DNA of 64,000 nt from Macrostomum lignano (taxonomy: Eukaryota). The position numbers and the translations under genes are program-made. The notes beneath the pieces are model-generated. The model was not told where the DNA came from, did not search any database, and saw only the letters and a program-made list of their open reading frames with translations. The DNA is taken from assembly GCA_002269645.1 (NCBI GenBank), contig NIVC01000521.1, positions 399,876-463,875 of the forward strand, in the 5' to 3' direction. This document shows, one piece after another, positions 25,501-36,574 of this stretch. Numbering within the stretch: the first letter of the stretch is position 1; each line of letters starts with the position of its first letter.

Positions 25501-26252
25501 CGAAAAATCCCCCCCTCCTCCCCGTCAATTAGGGAGACCGCGCGAGACCCGTCCGTCTCTTCCCTGATCCCCACCCGCTGCTGCTCCAGCGGCTCTGATT
25601 CCTCCCTCATTGAGGCATCATCACACCAGCAAACAAATGGAGAGTTGGGAGAATCAACAGGCTTTCCCCGGCTGCGTGATCCCAGATTTTTTTCACTGAA
25701 GAGTTTTTAGTCCGATTTCAGTATAAAAATTCAATCCCATGACATTAAAATCGCAGACAGGAAAATTTTGGGAAAGTACACCTTACCCGGTTCAAAATCT
25801 ATAAGATGATGCTCCGTCTCTTACTTTTCTCAGGTGAGAAGCCCTACAAATGCGTGCAGTGCGGCAAGGCCTTCAGCCAGTCGTCCAACCTGATCACGCA
25901 CAGCCGGAAGCACACCGGCTACAAGCCGTTCACCTGCAACCAGTGCGGTCGCAGCTTCCAGCGCAAGGTGGACCTGCGCAGGCACACGGAGACTCAGCAC
26001 GCCTGTCCCGCCGCAGCTGCCACCGCCGTGGCTGCCGCCGGCTCCCTTGACACTCGCAGCCCGTCGCCAATGCAACTGATCCCCACTGCCTCGACGGTCA
26101 GCAGGCAGCAGCAGCAGCAGCAGCAGCAGTTGTCATACTCCGTAGACAGCATTCTAAGCAGAAGTGACAGCTCAGGCGGTGCTCAATCCGCAGCAGCAGG
26201 CAGCATCGCCGAGACGATGGCCGGTTCAACAACAATGGAAGCCATGGCTTAG
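19425..26252 (+). CDS. GFI1: Gfi1/Senseless/PAG-3 family C2H2 zinc-finger transcription factor, 593 aa; join(19425..19512, 20099..20464, 23633..24278, 24385..24647, 25834..26252)
   Basis: Six fingers carry the Gfi-diagnostic sequences [66 protein letters not shown] and [14 protein letters not shown]. All junctions are GT-AG and in phase (1782 nt). Exons 1-2 are less certain than the finger exons. Confidence 0.93.
20099..20464 (+). CDS. GFI1: Gfi exon 2 (Ala/Gln-rich)
   Basis: cgacag acceptor, GTGAGC donor, phase 1 to 1; poly-Ala/poly-Gln typical of transcription factors. Confidence 0.8.
22180..23483 (+). mobile_element. Mariner (DD34D) DNA transposon in Gfi intron 2, left TIR truncated
   Basis: Right TIR (reverse complement TACGAGGGTCACTCAGAAAGTTCTTAGCCTGA) at 23454-23485 ends in TA; left copy 22180-22203 matches the inner 24 bp (2 mismatches) but lacks the outer 8 bp. 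Confidence 0.93.
22358..23419 (+). CDS. Mariner transposase, intact, 353 aa
   Basis: N-terminal HTH region, WIPHQL linker, [20 protein letters not shown]; 34 residues between the second and third catalytic Asp. Confidence 0.96.
   Translation: MKLENRDFRAMMYLHFKQGKSPAESYQTLQNVFTHVCPSYATVKNWFAEFRRGRESLEDEHRSGRPCDAVTPENICAVSSMIAADRRVTYQQIQQEIGIGSGSVHAIMHEHLGVRKLASRWIPHQLSDVQKDTRVAWCRFMLQKFESGTSRRIWDILTGDETWIYQYDPESKRQSAMWTFGDEDSPTKFRRSRSVGKQMVACFFMRTGHVASVSLEDRQTVTADWYTTVCLPKVFSAVSQRRPRCGMRGVLLHHDNASAHTAAQTLEFLADCGVQLMTHPAYSPDLAPCDFFLFPKCKEILKGQVFSSPEEAVNEFKNIIEELRDEDWRHCFDSWFHRMQACINAGGEYFEHL
23633..24278 (+). CDS. GFI1: Gfi exon 3 (Pro/His-rich region and ZF1)
   Basis: cctaacccgcag acceptor with CTAAC branch point; [21 protein letters not shown]; donor GTCAGT. 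Confidence 0.93.
24385..24647 (+). CDS. GFI1: Gfi exon 4 (ZF2-ZF4)
   Basis: ctccag / GTGAGA; [19 protein letters not shown]...HTYIHT. Confidence 0.97.
25834..26252 (+). CDS. GFI1: Gfi exon 5 (ZF5-ZF6 and C-terminal tail)
   Basis: ttttctcag acceptor; [55 protein letters not shown]; stop TAG. Confidence 0.96.
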
Positions 26253-26508
26253 GCATGGGCTTGAATCAATCCATTGGAAACTGCGTATATAAGATGTACT
26301 GTAGCCAACCTGGAATTCATGCGCGAGTAGCCAGCCCCAATGAGTCCCCCCCTCATGTTCACGCGGCCGTATAAAGTCTCATTAAGTTTCTCTCTGCTGA
26401 CAGCTCCCGCGGGTGGATGGAGAGCGAACAAAGAGCTTCTATGCAATCAATGGGACCCAGCTGGACAAAGACTCAGCTTATAGAGTAGCGCTGATAGTGG
26501 GTGATATC

Positions 26509-26514
26509 AATAAA
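26509..26514 (+). terminator. Candidate polyadenylation signal of Gfi
   Basis: AATAAA 257 nt after the stop codon. Confidence 0.5.
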
Positions 26515-27409
26515 AACATGCAGAGAATTATGGAAGAACTGATCAGTTTTTATGGGCAAAAAATTGAAATTGCTCCCTCAAGTGCAACAGATGCTCGCGG
26601 TGACCTCGCGACAATTTATTGACCAACTTATGTTAGAAAGCCCGCGCAGGTCCGCTTGAAGCTCTATGCATAGCTGTCTCTAAATGTATTTCTACATAAA
26701 TTAATCTTTTTTCGTTTTGCTTTTTTGTTTTGCTTTTTTTCACCGGATACTTCATGTGCAGCCCCAGGCTCCATTGTAACTGCAATCCAGGAGGAGCCAC
26801 TGAAGCACCTGCAGAGTTCTGCTGCACCTTTGCGTGAATTATTTCCGCCACTGACATATTTCCTTTTGCTTTCAATACTTTTTGTTTGTTTCTTTGTGAG
26901 TGTCTTCTTTTGCGCTGCATATTTTGCTAATTCTGTGCACCTTTCATATTACGAGGGACAAGAAGACTCTTCATCACCCCCAAAACATTGTTGAATAATT
27001 ATGAATTCTGCTGTTCAGAATCCTCTATTCTAAGTTTTGTTTTTGTGAAACTGTCGTGTTCATTCACTCAAAAAGTTATCGTATAATATATTTATATATT
27101 ATTATTACTACTAATACCGCGAATAATATATAAAAGTTCGACTGCAATTGCACAAAGTACTCACACACACTTGAATACAAATATAAATAGACTAAAACAT
27201 GTGACTGCGTTGATTAAAAAAATAATATAAAAATTACAAAATCTAAAAAAACAACTGACTTTATCTTTGGTATTCTTTTTGCCTAAGATGGTCTGCTCTT
27301 AGTGCACAGTTTACCAGACAATATGGGTATGCATGAGTTTTTGTATGAGCTGCGGGCTGCCGTTTTCAATTTTCATTTGCGATGTGCAACCTGATTGTAT
27401 ATTTTACCT

Positions 27410-28113
27410 AGTACTGGCTAACTCATTAGCTCAGGTATTGGCTAACTCATTAGCTAAGGTCTTGGCTAACTCATTAGCTCAGGTATTGGCTAACTCATTA
27501 GCTCAGGTCTTGGCTAACTTATTAGCTCAGGTCTTGGCTAACTCATTAGCTCAGGTCCTGGCTAACTCATTAGCTCAGGTCTTGGCTAACTCATTAGCTC
27601 AGGTCTTGGCTAACTCATTAGCTCAGGTCTTGGCTAACTCATTAGCTCAGGTCTTGGCTAACTCATTAGCTCAGGTCTTGGCTAACTCATTAGCTCAGGT
27701 CTTGGCTAACTCATTAGCTCAGGTCTTGGCTAACTCATTAGCTCAGGTCTTGGCTAACTCATTAGCTCAGGTCTTGGCTAACTCATTAGCTCAGGTCTTG
27801 GCTAACTCATTAGCTCAGGTCTTGGCTAACTCATTAGCTCAGGTCTTGGCTAACTCATTAGCTCAAAATCTTGGCTAACTCATTAGCTCAGGTCTTGGCT
27901 AACTCATTAGCTCAAAATCTTGGCTAACTCATTAGCTCAGGTCTTGGCTAACTCATTAGCTCAGGTCTTGGCTAACTCATTAGCTCAGGTCTTGGCTAAC
28001 TCATTAGCTCAGGTCTTGGCTAACTCATTAGCTCAGGTCTTGGCTAACTCATTAGCTCAGGTCTTGGCTAACTCATTAGCTCAGGTATTGGCTAACTCAT
28101 TAACTCAAGTCTT
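27410..28113 (+). repeat. 24-bp minisatellite TTGGCTAACTCATTAGCTCAGGTC, about 29 copies
   Basis: Direct reading; highly homogeneous. Confidence 0.97.
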
Positions 28114-29694
28114 GGATAGACATTAGCATAAGTTTTACAACGTCTGCAACTTAACTACTTAAATTTGCTTCGAACTCAGCCAACCCCTTCGAATGGATCA
28201 ATTTAAATCCTACCAAATCCCGAAAGTCATTCGCGGCGAGGAACATAAAAAATTGAAGTCAAAATCGAAGGCAGCGCATCTGGGCCACAAAAGCACAAAC
28301 TCACTCTGCCAGTTTGGGAGATTCCCCAGTTTCAATAACTCGATAAAAAGCTCGGAAAACTTCGAGTCCCCAGATTCGGCAGAACGGTACACCCGAAGCT
28401 CATTGCTGCTGGCCCGGTTAAATTCCCTGAATTATGCATGCGGCCTTGTAATCCGAGCAGATTAGCGGCCACTTATCCGGGTGCAGGCTAATGGCCTCAT
28501 CCGCAACCCCACGGGATCGCCTCATACCACTCGCGGCTTGGACACCAACCGCTGAGAAGTCGATTTGGGGGATCTGGGAGGTGATGCGGCAGAGAGGAGA
28601 GAGAGAGAGGCTGGAAACCAGTGAACTGCGCGCCGCGGATTAAACAGGATGAAGCAAAACTCTTTCCAGACTCGCTATGCCTGTGCCAGCCTGACCGGGA
28701 GTGCAGAGAAAAGTTGCCAGACTTGATGAAGCTCCCCCCCCCGGATCCAGCTTAAAAACAACGGTAGATTATACTGTCCGAAAGTGAGGCTCCTGAGGTC
28801 TTATAGCTCGTAATAACCATATCGAAAATTCAATTCGACCGCTCCGCCCCCAAGTCTTGAAAAGTTTCCAGTGAATTTCTAGTAATAATCAGATTGGTGA
28901 AAACTGTGGGATCATGAGCGAGTGAATGACAAGAAGAGAGTATAGTTGGGGACGTTTAGCACCTGGGGAAGTCTCACGCGGAGTCCTTGTCAAGGTTTTC
29001 CCATTAATAAAGTTGAAGAGAGGGACGGAGCGAGAGTGAAGTTATACATATACACACGCATGAAAGAGGAAAATTTACAATTTTGATGAAATTTGATGAA
29101 ATAAGCTCAGCGAATGAACCAAATGGAAAAGTGGAGCGATCCGGGATGGAGAGTCTGCATCAGTTTTTTAGTAGACTTGCTCACAGTCTCAGCTCAGGGA
29201 ATCTGTTTAAGCATTACCCATGGGCAGTTATTTCACTCCTCTAATGGCACTTCGCTTCCTGCAATGCTCAGAGGTAGATAAGGGGAATATAGCTTAGGCC
29301 ATTCCAACAGGTGTTGTCGGGCAGGATGCAGCAGTGACGGCTGGGAGTTCAAACTTGCTAACCACTATCTGATGCAAGGATTATAAAGTATCCCGTTGAT
29401 AGCTTTAGGCTATAGTGTTTGTGCAGACTCCCGGACACTGAGTGGTGATGGGGCTTTAGGATTGTTAAACTTGCTGTTAACTCCCGGCTTTGGACTCGTG
29501 AAGTCTCACTACAATATGTATGAGTTTGTTTGTCTCTGAAATGCTGGGATAATTACAATATTTGCCGATCCCATCAGCTGCCTGCTGAGATAATCTATTA
29601 TAATCTATTAATCAGGCTACATCACACTGCTTCTCAGTTCGTGTCCTCTCATTATGAAACCAAGACTTAGTCTCCATCTCCATCTCCCTCTGAT

Positions 29695-30470
29695 TCTCAG
29701 TCTCAGTTTCACTCAATCTCAATCTCACTTAATCTCAGTCCCACTCAAGCTCAATCTCACTCAATCTCAGTCTCACTCAATCTCAGTCTCACTCAATCTC
29801 ACTCAATCTCAATCTCAGTCTCACTCAATCTCAGTCTCACTCAATCTCAACCTAAGTCTCACTCAATCTCAATCTCAGTCTCACACAATCTCAACCTAAG
29901 TCTCACTCAATCTCAACCTAAGTCTCACTCAATCTCAATCTCAGTCTCACACAATCTCAACCTAAGTCTCACTCAATCTCAATCTCAGTCTCACACAATC
30001 TCAGTCTGAATTTCAATCTCAGTCTCACTCAATCTCAGTCTCACTCAATCTCAGTCTCACTCAATCTCAGTCTCACTCAATCTCAGTCTCACTCAATCTC
30101 AGTCTCACTCAATCTCAGTCTCACTCAATCTCAGTCTCACTCAATCTCAGTCTCACTCAATCTCAGTCTCACTCAATCTCAGTCTCACTCAATCTCAGTC
30201 TCACTCAATCTCAGTCTCACTCAATCTCAGTCTCACTCAATCTTAGTCTCACTCAATCTCAGTCTGAATCTCAATCTCAGTCTCACTCAATCTCAGTCTC
30301 ACTCAATCTCAATCTCAGTCTCACTCAATCTCAGTCTGAATCTCAATCTCAGTCTCACTCAATCTCAGTCTCACTCAATCTCAGTCTCACTCAAGCTCAG
30401 TATCACTCAATCTCAGTCTCATCAAACCTGAGTCTCAGTCGCATTCAACCTCAGAATCTCAGAGTCTCAG
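29695..30470 (+). repeat. 16-bp minisatellite TCTCACTCAATCTCAG
   Basis: Direct reading. Confidence 0.96.
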
Positions 30471-30828
30471 GAGTCTCAGAGAGACAGCTCACTGCTGCCG
30501 CCCAGTTTCAGTCAGCTTAGCGGCCCCTGAACAGGCAGCTCAGCAGCTGCCAGGCAATGGCGGGAGGCGGTCAGGCAGGAAATCATCGCTTAGGCGACAC
30601 CGCAGCTCAGATGGACCAGTGCGGCCGCTTAATCCGTTTAAAAAATCCGCCGACCGAACCCTCGCATCGGTGCTGAATTAAAGATGAATCCGAGCTGCGC
30701 ATGCGGGAGAGGGGAGTCTGAGGGCGGGCAGGGAAATTCTTCCCAGTATATAGTTGTGATTCGCGCCCAACTCCGCGCGGGGGGGGGGGGTAGAAGCCGA
30801 TATATACTCTCCAGGGGATTTTACTGGA

Positions 30829-30866
<38 letters not shown>

Positions 30867-32267
30867 TTCTCTCTCTGAAAAATAGCAGATTAAGGATTTG
30901 GGATTATTTCATAATTATTTCATCCTTGTTCCCAACCGACAACCCCATCTCCTACAGTTCGCAACGCAGTCAAACAGCACGGGGAACCTGAGACAACAGG
31001 CCGCAGTCTCCTCATCTCTCGCTCCCCAGTCTCTTGTGATAAATGGCACAGTGGGCAATCATCAGTGGACAGGCTTGTAGAACAGTCGGGAAAGCGGGAA
31101 AAAGAGGGCAGATGTGGGGGGGGCCTTCTCGTTTGCTGTTGCTTGCTTCTGCTGCTCCTAGAAGAGGGAGAGAGAAAGGGGCAAACCAAGCGCTCGCGCG
31201 CGCGCGCTTTATCAGGGCGAGGCAATTTCTGCAAAAGACTCCGAGAGCACAGAGATTATATCAGCTAATGAATTTCCCGAGAGACAGAGACAGAGGCAGA
31301 GAGGGGTGTTTTGGAGCGGGGCTGGCGGAAGGCTTGAGGTGACTCCAGTCCCTTGGGCCTTCTCCCTCACGTTGTCTCTGCCGCACTGGCCACTGGGCTA
31401 AATCTGCAGCGGACCAGCCCTGCCCGTGGACTCTCCGCTCACCATGCAGTCCCGTCCGCCTGTCTGCAGATAACTCGATTTCTCAGCCCCGGACTGGCCC
31501 TCAGCAACAGAATAAGAGGGGAAAAGGGAGATTTGTGCAAAAAAACTGAAATCCCCTCTCATTGAGGATGTGTTAGCCCGAGGGTGCACGCTAGCCCGCC
31601 TTTGTGGGGCTGATTATATTCGTTAATTTTTGGGTATTCGCTCAAATCGCAACCGGATAGATGAAAGGCGGCCCCAGCTATGATTACGAGTTTATCCCTT
31701 TTTTCCCTATCGACCCTATAATCCCAACCAATAATTCAGCCCCATCGTAGAGGGAAATCCATGCAGGCGGAGCGCAGTCTAAAAATAGAAACGAGGGATT
31801 CCCCCGCAAACTAGCAAACGAAGCCGTCAGAGCTAACGTAGAAAGGATCTCATTGAAGTGAGGAAAAGCTGTTCAAGACTCGAGTGGGTCAAGAGAACTA
31901 TTCCCAGTTCTCATCCCGCGGACGAAAATTCCCAAAGAAGGATTAAGCAATTCTGGGATTAAAATTTCGGCGACTTGGGTGGGGGTTGGAGAAACTTCGC
32001 TACACCAAGCAAATTACTTCGAATTTCATCTTCACCCTAGTTTGTTGGGATAAAAAATTAACGGTAGGGTTCAGCAGCAGGGTTTTAGAAAGCCGGGCAG
32101 ATGGTCCTCCAACTGACGAGCTCGTCAATCAGAATGCGAGAGCTGAGCACAGTGTCCACACTTCAGGGTGGACATTCATCTGGCTCCCGTTGGACTCGCT
32201 GTCTGAAAAATAATTTCTTTTATTTGGGCGCCTTCCAAAGCATTTTTAGCCTCTCTAATTTCTGCTT

Positions 32268-32538
32268 GCAGCCGTCAGATTGCAGTTTAAAGCCGTCAGA
32301 TTGCAGTTTAAAGCCGTCTGATTGCAGTTTAAAGCCGTCTGATTGCAGTTTAGAGCCCTCTGATTGCAGTTTAGAGCTCTCTGATTGCAGTTTAGCGCTA
32401 TCTGATTGCAGTTTAGCGTTATCTGATTGCAGTTTAGCGTTATCTGATTGCAGTTTAGCGTTATCTGATTGCAGTTTAGCGCTATCTGATTGCAGTTTAG
32501 CGCTTTCTGATTGCAGTTTAAAGCCCTCTGATTGCAGA
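32268..32538 (+). repeat. 21-bp minisatellite TCTGATTGCAGTTTAGCGCTA, about 13 copies
   Basis: Direct reading. Confidence 0.95.
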
Positions 32539-33197
32539 TAATTTCCTCGCTCTGAGGTCGCATTTCTGAGAGTCGAAATGCCAAACCAGACGGCACCATC
32601 TCGCTCCAGCAGTTTGTGGCGCGGTGATTTACCTGGGAGGCGGGACCGCTGCCGCCCCCCCCCCTACCCTCCGAGGTGAGCTGCTCTGCTTTTTTTAACA
32701 CACTCAAGAAATTTCCTCGCACAAGAGAATTAAACAATAGCTGAATAAAGGCTTCTTAACAGCTTGTTCTATTCTAAAGATGGACATTCAACGATGGTCG
32801 GCCTTTCTGGAGAGGCTGAACTTCGCGCGAAATAAATTAGTGAAGAGAAAATGCCGAAGAAACAAAGGAAAGAAGCAAGTGGAATAGAGGAGAGGACAAT
32901 GCACAGAAAGAGGCAAAAAACCTGTACGAGTCGCTTAAAGTTCCTTCAGAGATGCATGAATGCTGCCCGCTGCCACTGGAGTCGCGAGGGTGTCAAGGTT
33001 TTTCTAACACCTCAAGCCACGGGATGCTGCATTCTTTGTGAGGGCGTCCTGTTGGACACCCGCTGTCTTTTAGCGCTTCATCAATGCGCCCAGCTTCTTC
33101 TTTCTTTGGCCCGGAGTCTCGGCTTTCCTTTTTTGGCCTCAGAGTTCTTTGGGTGGAGAACCCAGCGGGGGTTGAAATGAAAGGCGGCAGGGGTGTG

Positions 33198-33983
33198 GGA
33201 ATTCTATTCCTTCCATATTGGCTAGATTAGCAATCAATTCTATTCCTTCCATATTGGCTAGATTAGCAATCCATTCTATTCCTTCCATATTGGCTAGATT
33301 AGCAATCCATTCTATTCCTTCCATATTGGCTAGATTAGCAATCCATTCTATTCCTTCCATATTGGCTAGATTAGCAATCAATTCTATTCCTTCCATATTG
33401 GCTAGATTAGCAATCCATTCTATTCCTTCCATATTGGCTAGACTAGCAATCCATTGTATCCCTTCCATATTGGATAGACTAGCAATCCATTATATCCATT
33501 CCATATTGGATAGACTAGCAATCCATTGTATCCCTTCCATATTGGATAGACTAGCAATCCATTATATCCATTCCATATTGGATAGACTAGCAATCCATTA
33601 GATTCATTCCATATTGGATGGACTAGCAATCCATTATATTCATTCCATATTGGATAGACTAGCAATCCATTCTATTCCTACCATATTGGCTAGATTAGCA
33701 ATCCATTCTATTCCTACCATATTGGCTAGATTAGCAATCCATTCTATTCCTTCCATATTGGCTAGATTAGCAATCCATTCTATTCCTACCATATTGGCTA
33801 GATTAGCAATCCATTCTATTCCTTCCATATTGGCTAGATTAGCAATCCATTCTATTCCTTCCATATTGGCTAGATTAGCAATCCATTCTATTCCTTCCAT
33901 ATTGGCTAGATTAGCAATCCATTATATCCCTTCCATATTGGATAGACTAGCAATCCATTATATCCCTTCCATATTGGCTAGAT
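33198..33983 (+). repeat. 36-bp minisatellite TTCCATATTGGCTAGATTAGCAATCCATTCTATTCC, about 22 copies
   Basis: CCATATTGG at 33213, 33249 and onward. Confidence 0.97.
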
Positions 33984-34696
33984 TAGCAATCCAGTTTTTA
34001 GCGCTCAGCATTAGCCAAGAACCAGCATCTCAGCTGTTGTTAGCTACCATTTATTCAAAAAAGACAATTTAAACACAACCGAGTCGAAAAAAGAGCCACA
34101 GAAACACTCGAGTTGTGTCCATCGCAACACAGTCAGCTTCTGCATGGCTGTCAGTCAGAATCCACTTGTTAAGCAATAGAAAAACTTGTCAGCAAGTCCT
34201 GTTGTGTCAGTTCCACTGGGTAGAATTAGAAAAAACGAACAACAACAGGGATATTGCGGACTGGACAGAGATTGGCGTGACACCTTTGACAGTACACAGG
34301 TGAAACACCCAGCGAAACGCCTGTAAAGTTGATATAACGTTTGCTTGCTTCAAGCAAGTGGATTGATTGCCTTCAATTTGTTTGTTAAGAGCAAACGTCT
34401 GTCAAGTAATGCTAACTTCACGCCCGGCTCCTTGTGTTAACCAGGGCTTTTTCTATTGCACAAACACAATTCACTTAATAGGCAAAGGTGAGAGTGAGAG
34501 TGGAAAGAAGCGCACAGGAGGCTGGTTTAAGAAGCTACATCAGCCAAACGCTGAAGCCATGGATACCAAGCTGAGCTGAAGTTCGATATTAATTTTAGGA
34601 TACGGCCAATAGGCAGTGCAGGTGTAATTGCGGCCGGAATTTATTTAGTGTGACGCTTCACCCCGTTAAAAAAAGTTTCCTATTTTAATAACTATT

Positions 34697-34965
34697 ATTT
34701 TGGCGCCTTAAAGTCTCATTTTAGCGCCGCAACAACTCATTTTGGCGCCTCACACAACTCACTCATTTTGGCGCCTCACACAACTCACTCATTTTAGTGC
34801 CTCACACAACTCACTCATTTTAGCGCCTCACACAACTCACTCATTTTAGTGCCTCACACAACTCACTCATTTTAGTGCCTCACACAACTCACTCATTTTA
34901 GTGCCTCACACAACTCACTCATTTTAGCGCCTCACACAATTCGCTCATTTTAGCGCCTCACACAA
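34697..34965 (+). repeat. 26-bp minisatellite CTCATTTTAGTGCCTCACACAACTCA, related to the interior of the 10892 MITE
   Basis: First unit AGCGCCGCAACAACTCATTTT versus MITE unit reverse complement AGCGCCGCAGGCACTCATTTT. Confidence 0.85.
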
Positions 34966-35679
34966 CTTAGCCCCTCAGCCGATCACTAATTGACCTCATA
35001 ATGCTTAGTTGCTCAAATACATAATTATTCCCATATCAGGACTCGAAGAACTCGTGAAGGAAGTTCTGGTCTCCCTTCCTCCCCAAAGTCGAAAAATTGA
35101 AAGTTTTTGCATCAACGCTACAAAAATCTACAACACAGAGAAGCTGCCGCGGCTCCTTGCCCAAACCCCCGGGGCCGGTGAAGCTGATGAAGATTAGAGA
35201 GGGGCGGACAGTTTTGTAGGCTCATCTAAACTCTCAACTCGTGCAACAGTTTACAAATTAGCAGGCAGAAATTGGGGCCGCCTCATTAATAATTCATGCA
35301 GCTCAACCCCCGGCCCGCAGGCGAATAAGGGAATTGATGATGTTAAACTGCTTTTCACTTCTTCTTCTTCTTCTTCTTCAATTTTCCGCTTCTCAATCCG
35401 CTACATTGCGGCAGCGCATTGGGATAAACACAAAAATAATATACCTTGTAGTAGCAGAAGTTTTTCAGCTAAAATACTCCTAATAAGCCGTCTTGAATTG
35501 GGCAGGCACGAATATTGCAATGCGGTTGCTGGGGAGACAACTGGGGTGTTATTGGAATGCAACCATAGGATTCGAATCTAGTGAGAAAGTCTTTGTGCAT
35601 TTTTCTGCTCCTTGTAGCATTTATAGAGCGAAAACTAGTATTGAATGTAGTAGCTTATGGCAGATAGTAGAGTGCCTAT

Positions 35680-36300
35680 GAAGGAAGCAGAGTGGGTAGA
35701 AGTAGAGTGGGTAGAATAAGTGTGGGTAAGAAGCAGAGTGGGTAGAAGTAGAATGGGTAGAAGTTGATTGGGTAGAAGTAGAGTGGGTAGAAGTTGATTG
35801 GGTTGGAGTAGAGTGGGTAGAAGTTGATTGTGTAGAAGTAGAGTGGGTAGAAGTTGATTGTGTAGAAGTAGAGTGGATAGAAGTTGATTGGGTAGAAGCA
35901 GAGTGGGTAGAAGCAGAGTGGGTAGAAGCAGAGTGGGTAGAAGCAGAGTGGGTAGAAGTAGAGTGGGTAGAATAAGTGTGGGTAAGAAGCAGAGTCGGTA
36001 GAAGTAGAGTGGGTAGAAGTTGATTGGGTAGAATAAGTGTGGGTAAGAAGCAGAGTCGGTAGAAGCAGAGTGGGTAGAAGTAGAGTGGGTAGAATAAGTG
36101 TGAGTAAGAAGCAGAGTCGGTAGAAGCAGAGTGGGTAGAAGTAGAGTGGGTAGAATAAGTGTGGGTAAGAAGCAGAGTCGGTAGAAGTAGAGTGGGTAGA
36201 AGTTGATTGGGTAGAAGTAGAGTGGGTAGAAGTTGATTGTGTAGAAGTAGAGTGGGTAGAAGTTGATTGGGTAGAAGCAGAGCGGGTAGAAGCAGAGTCG
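35680..36300 (+). repeat. about 15-bp minisatellite GTGGGTAGAAGTAGA with variants
   Basis: Direct reading. Confidence 0.93.
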
Positions 36301-36574
36301 AATAGAGCAGTGTCGAGCCGTTCGTAAAGCACCTGAGAAGCAGACGGGGTGAAAACTCATAGTCGGAATGCTGTATGAAAGCCACAATGGTGGGGGAAAT
36401 GCAGAAGACAAGGCAAGGAGGCGGAGATGAGCAGCAGCAGCAAGCGGGTCTTAATTCCCCAAAATGGACAGCTGCATTGGACCCTGTTAGAATCTGTTAG
36501 AAACCCAGCAGCGAGGCCAGCACAGTCTCCAGTTCATGGGGGAGGGGACCAGTCAAGTCAATCTGCTTGTGCTT

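Noticed and set aside
27410-28113. CRISPR-like reading of this and other regular arrays
   Set aside because: Units are contiguous with no unique spacers, there are no cas genes, and the context is eukaryotic.
29180-29400. tRNA-derived SINE on the minus strand (B-box-like AGTTTGAACTCCC)
   Set aside because: No convincing A box, tail or TSD, and no second copy in the window.
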